Positions 36,715 through 50,965 of a stretch of DNA of 64,000 nt are shown piece after piece. This stretch comes from Octopus sinensis (taxonomy: Eukaryota). The translations under genes were made by a program, and so were the position numbers. The DNA lies in assembly GCF_006345805.1 (NCBI RefSeq), contig NC_043017.1, forward strand, positions 25,172,001-25,236,000, in the 5' to 3' direction. Below the pieces are notes generated by a model. It saw only the letters and a list, made by a program, of their open reading frames with translations. It did not search any database and was not told where the DNA came from. Every line of letters starts with the position of its first letter. Position 1 is the stretch's first letter.

Positions 36715-39700
36715 TTGTCCCCCTAGCATTGCTTGACAACCGATGCTGGTGTGTTTACGACCCCGTCGCTTAGCGGTTCGGCAAAGGAGACCGATAGAAT
36801 AAGTACTGGGCTTACAAAGAATAAGTCCCGGGGTCGAGTTGCTTGACTGAAGGCGGTGCTCCAGCATGGCCGCAGTCAAATGACTGAAACAAGTGAAGAG
36901 TAAAGAGTAAGAGTATACATCTACTGACCTGCATTTGCTCTTCCATTTGAGCCCTCATCGATGCCATGGCAGATTCTGTCTCTTCTTCATCAGCAAGCAT
37001 AATATCATCAGAGTTAGCTCGTTGCTCTTCAACGAGGAGGAAAGTGTCGGTGGCTTCCTCTTTAAGCAAGCCTTGGCTCTGCCAATATGCGATTTTTCTT
37101 CGCAGGGCAGTGGCCGGGATCTGTAGGACACTGCTCAGCTCTTCAACTGTCCACTGGTCTAAAGAGAAAGAGAGAGAAAAAAACCCAGAAGTTAAAATGT
37201 TGGGGTTCCCCTTTGTTTCTATGTTGTTGAGTTTCATGGCAGTAGGGACTGAATGATCATGATCAAAGGTGCAGGAGTGGCTGTGTGGTAAGTAGCTTGT
37301 TTACCAACCACATGGTTCCGGGTTCAGTCCCACTGCGTGGCATCTTGGGCAAGTGCCTTCTACTATAGCCTCAGGCCGACCAAAGCCTTGTGAGTGGATT
37401 TGGTAGATGGAAACTGAAAGAAGCCCATCGTATATATGTATGTATATGCGTGTGCGTGTTTGTGTGTTGTGTTTGTCCCCTAGCATTGCTTGACAACTGA
37501 TGCTGGTGTGTTTACGTCCCCGTTACTTAGCAGTTCGGCAAAAGAGACCGATAGAATAAGTACTGGGCTTACAAAAGAACAAGTCCTGGGGTCGATTTGC
37601 TTGACTAAAGGCGGTGCTCCAGCATGGCCGCAGTCAAATGACTGAAACAAGTAAAAGAGTAAAGAGTAATCCATCGTCATCATTTAGCATCTGCTTTCCC
37701 TGCTGGCATGGGTTAGATGGTTGGACTGAAACTCGTAAGCTGAAGAGTTGTACCAGGTTCCATTCTGATTTGGCATGGTTTCTACGGCTGGATACCCTTC
37801 CTAATGCCAACCACTCCAAGAATGTAATGGATGCCTTTTATGTGCCACCGGTACAGGTGCCAGTTGTGTGACACCAGGATCGGTCACAACTACGATCTCA
37901 CTTGGCTTGACAAGTCTTCTTAAGCATGGCATATCACCAAAGGTGTCGGACACTAATCATCACTTCTGCAAGGCCCACCGTTTGCAGCATGCTTTTAACG
38001 TGCCACCAGCACAGGTGCCAGTAATGTGATACTGACATCAGCCACAACTACAATTTCGCTTGGCTTGACAAGTCTTCTCAAGCATGGCCCTTCGCCAAAG
38101 ACCTTGCTCACTTGTTATCACCTCCATGAGGCCCAACGTTCAAAGGGTGCTTTTTATATGCCACCAACATGGGTGTCAGTTACATCACATCGGAATTGGT
38201 TACAACTATGATTTCACTCGGCTTATCGAGTCTTCTCAAGCACAGTATATTGCCAAAGGTTTTGGTCACTAATCATCACCTCCGTGAGGCCCAACACTCG
38301 AAAGGTGCTTTTTATGTGCCACTGGCACAAATTCCAGTTATGGGACACTGGAATCAGCCACATCTATTATTTCACTTGGCTTGATGAATCTCCTCAGATA
38401 TGGCACATCGCCAAAAGTCTCGCTTTGCTAATATTTCATTATAAAAATATGATGGGATTTTTTCAAAACACTGAATGGTCATGGAGGTTCACCAGAGTAA
38501 AATAGGAATTGAAAGGGTCCATAGGTAAAAAAATGGTTGAGAACCACTGGTCTTGATACTCTATATTGTCAATGATAACCAAGGACATCCCATGGGAGGA
38601 GATAGGGCACAGTGTGTCTGGCTGGGTCCAATCAGTCTGATGCATGCTTGGAAGTCTCTGTGGCAGGTCGGGCATTGGTGGTCTGTTGGGACTGAAGGCA
38701 AGGAATTGCATCTGGACTTGTGCAGTTCAAGAGTTAGTCAGCACTTTTGAACCACATCTAAAAACAGCCAAATTAATAGGGGACCACAGAAACAAACTGA
38801 GAGGTCAGCAGTCTCCATCCTGACAACTGCTAGGTTACATTCATGGCCAAAACACTTCACATTCAACAGGTGAATCCACTTAGCTGTCAGTGGATACCAC
38901 AGGATAGGATGAATTCACTACAGCAAGCAGTGGAAGCACTGCAAAATACACAAGTGTTTTGTTAGATTTGCAGTGTGATTTCATTTCTTGGACACATGAA
39001 AACTATGTAGAATCCTGTCAGATGGGCTGTTGTTTGTTCCTTCTCGAGCCATGCCTGGCTCATAAGGGCCGGTTTCCTGGTTTCTTGGCGTATAAGTTCC
39101 CCACCTGGACGGGATGCTGCTCCGTCGCAGGTGAGCTGCAAGATGCAGGAAGAAAGAGTGAGAGAAAGTTGTGGCGAAAGAGTCAGCAGAAGTTTCGCCA
39201 TTATCTTCTGCCGTAGCCACGTGGATCTAAGGTGTTTCGCTCATAAACACACACATCGCTCGGTCTGAGATTCGAACCCGCGATCCCTCGACCACGAGTC
39301 CGCTGCTCTAACCACTAGGCCATGTGCCTCCACTGTCAGATGAGCTGTACCTCTCAGGAGTGGTATACTTAATCCAATGCCTAATTTAGCACCAGCACAT
39401 GGTCCTTTGGGTGCTAAAAGCATCCAAGGGCCAGATGGTGTTGCAAACTTTCAAGCTACCTCGTAACTCATGAATCAGGGTTGCTTCTTATCAATTTTGA
39501 TCAACTTTTAAACACCTTACAAACTTAGAGATACAAAGGGTGTTGCCTTTCTTGACTAAACTATCAAAAAATAAGATAAAAGCAAAAAGTCTCAGTTTGC
39601 TAATAATATTTCATTATAAAAATATGAGGTCCACCAGAGTAAACTAGGAACCAACAGGGTCCATAGGTAAAAAACGGTTTAGAACCATTGGTCTTGATAC

Positions 39701-42700
39701 TCTATATCTGAATAAAAGAAGAGATGGTCATAAGTGGAATGTTTTGGATCATAGTTGACCTGGGGCTAAACAACATCACAGGACAGTCTGTTAAAGATGA
39801 TGTAGAGGTACAGGTAAACTGTACAAGTAATTAATGCTTACCTTTATTTTGAAACTGCATTATGATAGCTGCGTGTACAGGTGAGACATTCAGGTTGAGC
39901 ACTCTCTCTTTTAGTTCAATGTCGATGTTGACCAGACCTGTGTGTATAAGGAGAGACTAGAGTGAGGTGTGCGAGAGGGAGAAGAGATAGCAAAGGAAAG
40001 GGGGAGAGAGAGAGAAGATAGCAAAGAAGAGGGATAGAGAGGAGATAGCAAAGAGGGACAGAGAGAGAAAGAAAGAGAAATGAGAAACAGAGAAACATAA
40101 CTAAACATGCTGTATATTCAATGGTAGTGTCCCAACATAAACAGCAGTGCCCCAGCATGGCCACAAACAAGTAGAAACTGTATAGCAAACCCATCCCATC
40201 CATTTAATCCTGGAAAAGTTGACTTTAAAATGATAAGGAGGATGAGGAGGAGTAGGGACATTAGAATGGATGTCATAAAAAAATCATGGTTTCTTGCCAT
40301 ATTTTATTATCAGTCTTGGAGACTCAAAAGGTGTCATGGTAGTGGCATAGCTACTGTGTGTGCTGCCTGGGGCAGCCCTTCAGTTTGCCCCACCCACCCT
40401 ACTCTGCCACAAAAATGCAAGGTAATACAGTTGGCCCAAAAGTGCCACCCATCTCATAAAAGTGTCACTTGGGGAAGACAGCCCCCATGCACCACCCACC
40501 TTAGAAAAGTGTCACTAGGAGAAGACTGCCGCCATGCATCCTGCCCCCACCACCACCACCACTTCATACTACTGTGTCATAGATCAAAAAACAAAACCCC
40601 CAAAATGTACAAATCCCACCGAAACAGAGTTTCATGACATATTTACCTAAATGGGGTTTCCATATCAACGTGCGATTTCCTTTCCTGGATTCAAACTTTT
40701 TGGTGTAGTTCTCCAAACAAGTCTGCATATTTTCAGGCAAGTTGAGTTTCTCTTCTCTGAATGTCGGCCAACACTGAGCAGACAGAATCATGGCATTGAT
40801 TTCAATATCCTATAAAAACAGAAAAAAACAAAAGAAATCAACTGATTTGGTAGCAGCTCATAAAATGCTACTTTATACTAAAAAGTTCTATTACTGGTGC
40901 AGGCATGGTTTTGTGGTTAAGAAGCTGGCTTTGTAACGAAGTGGTTCTAGGTTCAGTCCCGTTGTGCATCACTACAGCCCCTGGCTAACCAATACCTTAT
41001 GAGTGGATATGGAAGACAGAAACTGTGGCAGCCTATTTTGTGTGTGTGTGTGTATATAAAAGGGCCCCTTTGGTCATGTATGGCCATGGGATTGCACCTA
41101 GAAAGTTTCCCTCTGACACACAAATCTGGGCAAGGTTGTTTATGGAAGACCAGCATTTTACTCGAATGCATGCATGCATACATACATGCATACAAATTAG
41201 AAGCAGCGCTAGTGTTGTAAACATTACTGGACACATGCTCAATGTATGAATGCTAGTTGTTTGCCAGAAGGCTACAAGCTGGCATGGTGGAGATTATTCT
41301 CTCTAAGGCTGGTTGTTAAAACACCTGAAAGTCATAGACAGGCCAGACAACTCATCCTGAGTCCCATTCAGGAGTGATGGTCATCGATGTTTTGCAATCT
41401 CAATATCATGTACCTGAACCAAACCAAAGGAATATTGAATAGCCTGTCCTAGACTATATGTACAATGATGTAAAAACCATTCTGCTGGTGTGTGTATATA
41501 TATATATACACACAAACACACACATACATATATATATGCCTGAATGTATAATATATGTATGTACATATGTCTAACCTATGCCAGCATGGAAAACTGATGT
41601 TAAATGATGTCTATGTGTGTGTGTGTGTGTCATTGTGCCTGTTTGTCATCCCACCCAACAGCTTGATGACTGGTATTGGTTTGTTTACATCCCTGTAACT
41701 TAGCAGTTTGGCAAAAGAGACCAACAAAATAAGTACTGGACTTAAAATAAGAAAGCATAGGCACCAGGGGGCGAAACCTTTGAAAGCAGTGCTCCAGCAT
41801 GTCCACAGTCCAACGAATGAAACACACAAGAAGATCAAAAATGGAATAGTCATGGATGGGTTGCCTTTACTGAGATGTCTACTGGGACTAAACAACAACA
41901 ACAACAACAACAACTGAGACACACAGACAGACTACTTACATCCGCATTTTCTTCTGGCTCGTCTTTCTTCTTATCTTCCTTTATGATGGCATTGATACGT
42001 CTTGAGTCTGTGACATCCTTCAGCATCACCTCGCAGTAGTGGAGCTGGGATTCACCGAATCGCAGCTTCAGCAGTTCCAGGTACCGGATTTCACGTTCGG
42101 TGTCGTAGTTGAACTGCGAGAGGATGCGGTCGGCCAGCAGGTTGCGGTATTCATTTACAAACAGTTCTTTGCTTCCATATATGTTCACCAGCATGCTGAT
42201 AATGTCTGACGTTCTTCTCACCTTCGACATGGATGCTGCATTGACAAGTCAGAAAAAGAGAAGAACCAATAAAAGTCATCTCCCAATATTTGGTCACACT
42301 GGCCTCTCACTAAACAATACTGTAACATGGAGTTGAAGAAAGGAAGCCCCCTAAAACAGTGGTTTTCAACTATTTTTTGCCTTTAGACCCCTTTGATTCT
42401 CATTTCATTAGTGGACCTCCATAGCCATTCAACGTTTAAAATGCCCTTGTTTGAAAATACAAGGACACAGACTGTGTTGTATAGTCAGCTGGAGACGATG
42501 TCTCCTGGGGCTAAATTACAGCAACATTCGTCCTAAACCAGGACTGCCATGTTATGTTGGCAAATAGACTTTACTCTAAATCCAATTATATTCCTATAAT
42601 TAGATATTATTAGGAATAGTATTAAAAAAATTGATTAAAACATTCGGTGTATTGCAGAAGTATAACCTATTTATTGCAGATGAATTTTAACAACAAAATC

Positions 42701-45700
42701 TTACACAGACTTGCGACCGAGGGATCATGGGTTCGAATCTCAAACCGGGTGATGTGTGTGTTTATGAGCAAAACACCTAAGCTCCATGCGGCTCTGGCAG
42801 AAGGTAATAGCAAACTTCTGCTGGCTCTTTCGCCACAACTTTCTCTCACTCTTTCCTCCTGCATCTTGCAGTTCACCTGCAATGGACCGGTGTCCCATCC
42901 AGGTGGGGAGCCTACACGCCAAGGAAACCGGGAAACCAGCCCTTATGAGCCAGGCATGGCTCGAGAAGGAACAAACATCTACCACTTATACAGCTACAAA
43001 AAAAAAAGAAAAGAAAAAGCAACAAAAACTAAAAGAAAAATTGGAAGTAAAAATATATGACGATAATGAAGATGTCTTACTTGGATCAGCATCCACTGGA
43101 TCGGGTATCCATTTGTTCCAATCTTCATCATCACTCGCAGCATTGTCGTCAACAATGTGAGGCAAACCTCGGATCAATTCATCAGAAAGCTCGTTGACCC
43201 CTTCCTCAGTTAAACTGGACACAATGCAGCGCACTGTGTTATCACGATCTCTGCAATGGGACAGACAGACAGGTGACTGTGCTAGAAGGGCTGGGAGAAA
43301 ATTTTTCTAGGTACTCTTAGTTATATAAAGAAAAAATACTCCCAAAAAGCAAAGTCCACTTTGAGTCACATGGTCAATACTTAGATAAACTCTGGCAAAC
43401 CCTACTTTTTTCTGTTAAGGGTTTATATGCCCCAATATTAGACTATTTACTGAAGTCACTACACGGTGATTGCTTATAAAATATTTTTATTATTATTTAT
43501 AGTTTGTAAAATTTGGCACCACTTACCAAATAATTACTTCTTAAAATGCACATAGAAAGTTTGTGTACAAGATAACAACACTGAAATTATAGTTCTTAAA
43601 TCTGACTGAAAACAGGAGTACGTTAGTGTAATGGTAGCACACTAGTCACGATTACACAGAAATGTGGGTTCGTGTCCCATGCATATGGCAAACCCTACTT
43701 TTTTGTCTGTCAAGGGCTTATATGCCCCAATATTAGACTATTTACCTTAGTCAATGCACGGTGATCACTTACAAGCTTTAAGCCTATAAAATATTATTTA
43801 TACATATATATATAATTAGGCACAGGAGTGACTGTGTGGTAAGTAGATTGCTTACCAAGCACATGGTTCCGGGTTCAGTCCTGTTGCATGGCACCTTGGG
43901 CAAGTGTCTTCTACCAAAGCCTTGTGAGTGAATTTGGTAGATATGTGTATATGTTTGTGCTTCTGTGTTTGTTCCCCCCCACACACCATCGCTTGACAAC
44001 CAATGATGGTATGTTGACGTCCCCATAACTTAGCGGTTCAGCAAAAGAGAACGATAGAATAAGTACAAAGAATGAGTCCTGGGGTCAATTTGCTTGACTA
44101 AAGGCAGTGCTCCAGCATAGCCACAGTCAAATGACAAACAAATAATAGAATAAAAGAAACATATATATACATACACACATACATGTGTATATGTGTGTAT
44201 TCTTTTATTTTTGTTTCAGTCACGCGACAGCAGCCATGCTGGAGCACCACCTTGAAGGGTTTTAGATGAACAAATCAAACCCACGACTTATTTTTTGTAA
44301 CCCTTATACTTATTCTATTGGTCTTTTAGGCCGAACCACTAAGTTACAGGGATGTAAACACGCCAACATCGATTGTCAAGCAACGGTGGACAAACACACA
44401 TAGATATATCTACATATATATATATATATATATACACACACATACATATACATATATATATACAAAGGGCTTCTTTCAGTTTTTCTCTACCAAATCCACT
44501 CATAAGGTTTTGGTCAGCCTGAGGCTCTAGTAGAAGACACTCCAATTGGCAAGCAAGCTTCTTACCACACACACACGTGTGTGTGTGTTTTATTAACAGT
44601 TTGACTCAGATATACATGACTTAAAGTTTCATGTGATGTAGAATGCACCCACCCTCATCAGATGTTTGAAGATGAGATGGATGTGTTCTATGCATCCATC
44701 AAACTTGAAAGTCATGTGTAGCTGAGTCAAACTTATAAAATACATGTGACACTAACCAAATATATTGAGTGCTACTTTCTTTCATTGGTTCACTCACTTA
44801 TGTTTGTGTGTGTCTGTAAGGGTAAAAGTGTGTTGGATCAATTGGTGCAGAAGAGAAAGCTAAGCAGTAAGACAAGGTTGATGTTACCTTAAATATTTCT
44901 GTACAGGTTCGCAAACAAGCTCCAGGATCACACCCGCAGGGTCCAACACACGTAGGGCCCGAATCGCTGATATATAAGCAGCAAGTATATTAGAGGTGTT
45001 TACACCTAAAATAAAAAAAACAATAAGAATAATAAACAACAATAAAAATAGTTTCAAATTTTGGCACAAGGCCAGCAATTTTGGGAGAAGGGGCAGGTCA
45101 GTTACATTGACCCCCCCATGAACTGTATCTTCGCATTAATTTGAATTACTCATATATTATCTTGTAGCTTTCAGATTTCAATGACGTGACTCTCTTTACT
45201 CTTTTACTTGTTTCAGTCATTTGACTGCGGCCACGCTGGAGCACCGCCTTTAATTGAGCAACTCGACCCCGGGACTTATTCTTTTGTAAGCCCAGTACTT
45301 ATTCTATCGGTCTCTTTTGCCAAACCGCTAAGTAATGGGGGACATAAACACACCAGCATCAGTTGTCAAGCAATGCTAGGGGGACAAACACACACACACA
45401 CATATATATATATATATGCATATATACGACAGGCTTCTTTCAGTTTCCGTCTACCAAATCCACTCACAAGGCTTTGGTCGGCCCGAGGCTATAGCAGAAG
45501 ACACTTACCCAAGGTGCCACGCAGTGGGACTGAACCCGGAACCATGTGGTTGGTAAACAAGCTACTTACCACACAGCCACTCCTGCGCCTATATGTTTAT
45601 GTTTAGAATGAGAATTGTTGGGTAGGTGTGGGAGGCTGGACCTGGCCAGTTTGAAGATAAAACAGGAAGAATATGGCCAGTTTAACCCTTCAGCATTCAG

Positions 45701-48700
45701 ATTACTCCATCAAATGTAATGCTTATTTAGTCACCTTATTTTGAATTAGTTAGTTAGTTAGTTAATTTTTTGGCTCAAAAAGCAAAAAAGCAAGGCCATG
45801 TAGGGGGACTTGGAGTTATGTACAGGGTGGTGTTCATGTAAAGAGTTCAGGCCACTTGTGGTCAAGGGAGACTTTGAAACCGAGCGGTAGTCGGCATCTT
45901 CACCATCTCGTCCGGCAGCTTATTCCACGGATCCGCAACCCGGACGGAGAAAGCCCCTCTCCTTCGATTGAGATGAAATCGTCGCAGATAGAGCTTTTCG
46001 GAATGACCCTGCAGCCGACACATTATCTTGTAACTTTCAGATTTCAATGATGTGATTGTTGATATACAGAATGACATTGTTGGGTAGGTGTGAGTAGCTG
46101 GATCTGACCACTTGGGAGCATAAAAGAAGAAAAATATTTGGGCTGCGTATGGCTGGTTTAAATACTAAAGGACTAAGAGATGTTTTGGCACAGCTGTTTC
46201 AGTGCCACTGATACCTACTGTTGCCAAAACAGCTTGATTCTCCAGTCAGCCATGCCATATCTTCAGCATCCAAACAGCCATTACCAAATTGGCCTCATCC
46301 TACTTTTAAGATCATGTGATCACGTGACCGACCAGACCATCAGATGTCGTTACACATCGCTGGTCACAATGCGTTCGCATTGTTTTAGCCTTCGAATGAC
46401 GCCACCCCGCTGGCTAAGCGAGCAGGCCAACAGAAGAAAGAGTGGTGAAAGAGTACAGCAGGGACCACCACCCCCTGCCGGAGCCTCGTGGAGCTTTAAG
46501 GTGTTTTTGCTCAATAAACACTCACGACGCCCGATCTGGGAATCGAAACCGCGATCCTACGACCGCGAGTCCGCTGCCCTAACCACTGGGCCATTGCGCC
46601 TCCACTTTTAAGATGGTAGTGTGTAATCTGATAGAGATTTGGTTGCTATTTCTAGCAAGTTGAGAACCACTGGTTTAGAAGTTCAATAACTTCAGTGTGG
46701 AAATAAAAAGAAGGAAGTAGGGAATAGAAAAACAAAGCAAAATTAAGAGGAGAAAATACCTGGATGTAGCAATCTGTTTTCTAAAGCATCTTTGAGAGAG
46801 ATGACAAGATGTGAACGAAGATCTGTCTTCATGAGGCAGTTTTTCAAATCGAGAATGGCTGGTTCTGATTCTGGGTAGTCTATGATAATGCTGAATAATT
46901 GGTCGATTAGGGTACCGGCGTAGTTCTCGTACATGTATTGGCGCAGTGTGTCTTTGAACTCCTTCAAGGATTGCAGTTCAGTCGATGACATTTGATCTGA
47001 ACACCAGACAAGATCAAGCCAACCAAGAACTTTCTTGTCAAGCCACTAAAAACACAGGATATTTATATATATAAAAAGGCGGGGCACAATGTAAACACAC
47101 AAACAATAGAATTTGAAACAAATAATAATGATGTCTACGATTGGCACAAGGCCTGAAAAATTGGTGAGAGGGACTAGTTGGTATCGATTTTAGTGCTCAA
47201 CTGGTATTTCTTTTACCAATCCTGTAAGGATAAATGGCAAAGTTGACCTCGGAAGAATTTGAACTGAGAACATAAAGATGGAAAAATGCCACTAAACTCT
47301 GCTAGCTCACCACTTTTCTTCTTCTTCTTCTACAATGACAACAACAGCAACAATCTGATGTAGTATCAGGCAGTGGCTCTCATGGCTTCTGATCTTAACT
47401 GATTGGAAGTGTTAACATTTCCATACTTTGTCTTAGTGTAAAGATGGACAAATCCACTAAACTCTGCCAGTTCTTCACTCTTCTTCTTCTATAACAACAA
47501 CTGGAAGTGTTAACATCTGCTCAATACCACAGATTTGCTGGTCAGTTGCTTCACTTAACCAGTTGAGCAGGTCTCTTAGTGGCTGATAATAGGTGCAACT
47601 CTGATCATGAGCAAGAGTACTGGGGAAGCCTTATATTCATGTGTTGAGAGGAATTCTTTGGGGTTTGAATAATTCACCCCTGGAAACATGGGAGTACCAT
47701 TCATCATCAAATTGACACTGTCTGTACAGGGGCTCAATGTTCGCCATGTCAGATGTTGAAAATGGCACTATGCTCCAACATGGCCGCAACCCAATAACTG
47801 AAACCCACAAAAGGATTGTGTGGTAAGTAGCTTGCTAACCAACCACATGGTTCCGGGTTCAGTCCCACTGCGTGGCATCTTGGGCAAGTGTCTTCTGCTA
47901 TAGCCCCGGGCCGACCAATGCCTTGTGAGTGGATTTGGTAGACGGAAACTGAAAGAAGCCTGTCGTATATATGTATATATATATATGTGTGTGTGTGTAT
48001 GTGTTTGTATGTCTGTGTTTGTCCCCCCAACATCGCTTGACAACCGATGCTGGTGTGTTTATGTCGTCATCTAGCGGTTCAGCAAAAGAGACCGATAGAA
48101 TAAGTACTGGGCTTACAAAGAATAAGTCCCGGGGTCGATTTGCTCGACTAAAGGTGGTGCTCCAGCATGGCCACAGTCAAATGACTGAAATAAGTAAAAA
48201 ATATTTAAAAATACAAGAACAAATTGAAGTCTAACTATAAGCAATGACTCTACCAACATGCTCGCACCATGAGCAAAGAGAAAGGAAGTGTTTTATTAAA
48301 GACGCAATGCACCACCTAAGAACTGAACCCATGATCTTGTGATCATGACTGCAACACCCTAACCACTAGGCCATGCATCCTCTTAAACTAATTAAAAAAA
48401 AAAATTAAAAAAAAAAACGACAAATGACTTACCTTTTCTAAACTCTCCAGAAACGAAGTTTCAAGGTTTCCTCGACATTTTAACTCAATGTGTTGTTTGG
48501 TTGTCCGATGCACAATGGTAGTGATGCAGGAACCAGCCATTTTGCTCAACAAATTCAGTTTGTCACTGTCAATTATAAAGAAATATATACAAACACTACT
48601 CGTAGACACACGCATGAACACACACACACCACCACTACATCATCATCATTTAGCGTCTGTTTTCTATGTTGACCTTAGTTAGTTAGTTAGTTAATTTGGC

Positions 48701-50605
48701 TCAAAAGCAAATAGCAAGGCCATGTAGGGGGACATGGAGTTAAGTACAGGGAGGGTGTTCATGTAAAGAGTTCAGGCCACTTGAGGGTCAAGGGAGACTT
48801 TGAACAAAGCGGTCGTCGGCATCTTCACCATCTCGTCTGGCAGCTTGTTCCATGGATCCGCAACCCGGACGGAGAAAGCTCCTCTCCTTCGATTGAGATG
48901 AAATCGTCGCAGGTAGAGCTTTTCGGAATGACCCCGCAGCCGATGCTCTGGAGCAGGAGTGAAGAACAGCTCTTTGGGTTGGATGATTTGACCAGAGCCA
49001 GCAAGCTGCAGAGCTCTTCCAGGTTCCAGTCTGTTTTGGCTGTGGTTTCTCCAGCTCGGTGCCCTTCCTAATGCCAACCACTCTTCACAGATTTCACAAT
49101 TACTTATTCATGGTTTCAGGTTCAATCTGACTACAAGGCACCTTGAGCCAATGTTCTCTACTATAGCTCTAGGTTGACCAAAGCATTCTGGCATTGTGAG
49201 TGGATTTGGTAGATGGAAACTGGAAGACCATGGGTAAAGGCAGCAAGCTGGCAGAATCGTTAGCACGCCAGGCAAAATGCTTAGTGGTATTTCATCTGCC
49301 GTTACGTTCTGAGTTCAAATTCCACCGAGGTCAACTTTACCTTTCATCCTTTCAGGTTCGATAAATTAAGTACCAGTTACGCACTGGGGTCGATCAAATC
49401 GACTTAATCCCTTTGTCTGCCCTTGTTTGTCCCCTCTATGTTTAGCCCCTTGTGGGCAATAAAGAAATAGGAAACTGGAAGACCATTATGTGAGAGAGAG
49501 AGAGAGTGCGTGTGTGTAAGAAAATAAGAGGACAAAGAAATAAATGATTATCTTATGAACATTAGTTTACAGTTGTGTCTTTTACATGTCACCGGCATGG
49601 GTATATATATATGTAAAAAGCACCCAGCACAATTGGTAAAGCGGTTGGCATTAGGAAGGGCATCCAATAGTAGGAACCATGCCACAACATACATTTGGAA
49701 TCTGGACAACTCCTGGTCAAACCGTCCAACCCATGCCAAACGGACGTTCAATGATGATGATAACGATAATATATATTATACATATTCTTTTACTGGTTTG
49801 AGTTAGTGTTCTGTGGCCATGCTGGAACACCACCAAGCGTTTTCACCAATTATATCAACCCCAATACTTAGTTAGGGTATTTACTTTATAGATTTCTATT
49901 TAACCCTTAAGTATTTAAACCGGCCAAAAGAGCTAATCTGTTTTATGTTCAAACTGACCAGATCCAGGCTCTCACACCTATCCTACAATGTTAATCTACA
50001 TTAAGTAATTACACCATCAAGATCTTGAAGATATGAGATAATGCATAATTAATTCAAATCAATGGGAATCAATAGGCATTATGTTTGATGGAATAATCAG
50101 AACACTAAAGAGTTAAAGGTAGGGTCCTCCCATTACATAGTAAATACCATAAGGAATTTGCAAACACACACACGTGTGTACATACGTATTTTTTATCATT
50201 TACTTATGTTAGTCATTAGACTGTGACCATGCTGGGGCACCATCTTGAAGGCTTTCAGTCAAAATATTTGATCCCAGTCCTTTTTTTTTCTTTTAAGTCT
50301 GGGACTTATTCTATCAGTCCTTTTTGCCAATCTTCTAAGTTATGGAGTTGTAAGTAAACTAACACCAACTGTGAAACAGCAGCAAGGGGAACACATAAAA
50401 TATATATGCACACACATTCTGTCTCACAAATTTAGTTACATGGCATTGGTCAGCTGGGCAAGAGTAGAAGACACTTGTCCAAGGTGCTGCACAACGGGAC
50501 TGAATCTGAAACTAGGTGGTTGCAAAAGCAAGCTTCTTAACCACACAACCATGCCTGTCTATGGGTGTATACATACACACATGTATATATATATATACAT
50601 ACATA

Positions 50606-50655
<50 letters not shown>

Positions 50656-50881
50656 TAGCGAGCTGGCAGAAACGTTAGCGCGCCAGGTGAAATGCTTAGC
50701 AGTATTTTGTCTGCCGTTATGTTCTGAGTTCAAATTCCGCCAAGGTCGACTTTGCCTTTCATCATTTCGGGGTCGATGAATAAAGTACCAGTTAGGCACT
50801 GGGGTCGATGTAATCGAGTTAATCCCTTTGTCTGTCCTTGTTTGTCCCCTCTATGTTTAGTCCCTCGTGGGCAATAAAGAA

Positions 50882-50965
<84 letters not shown>

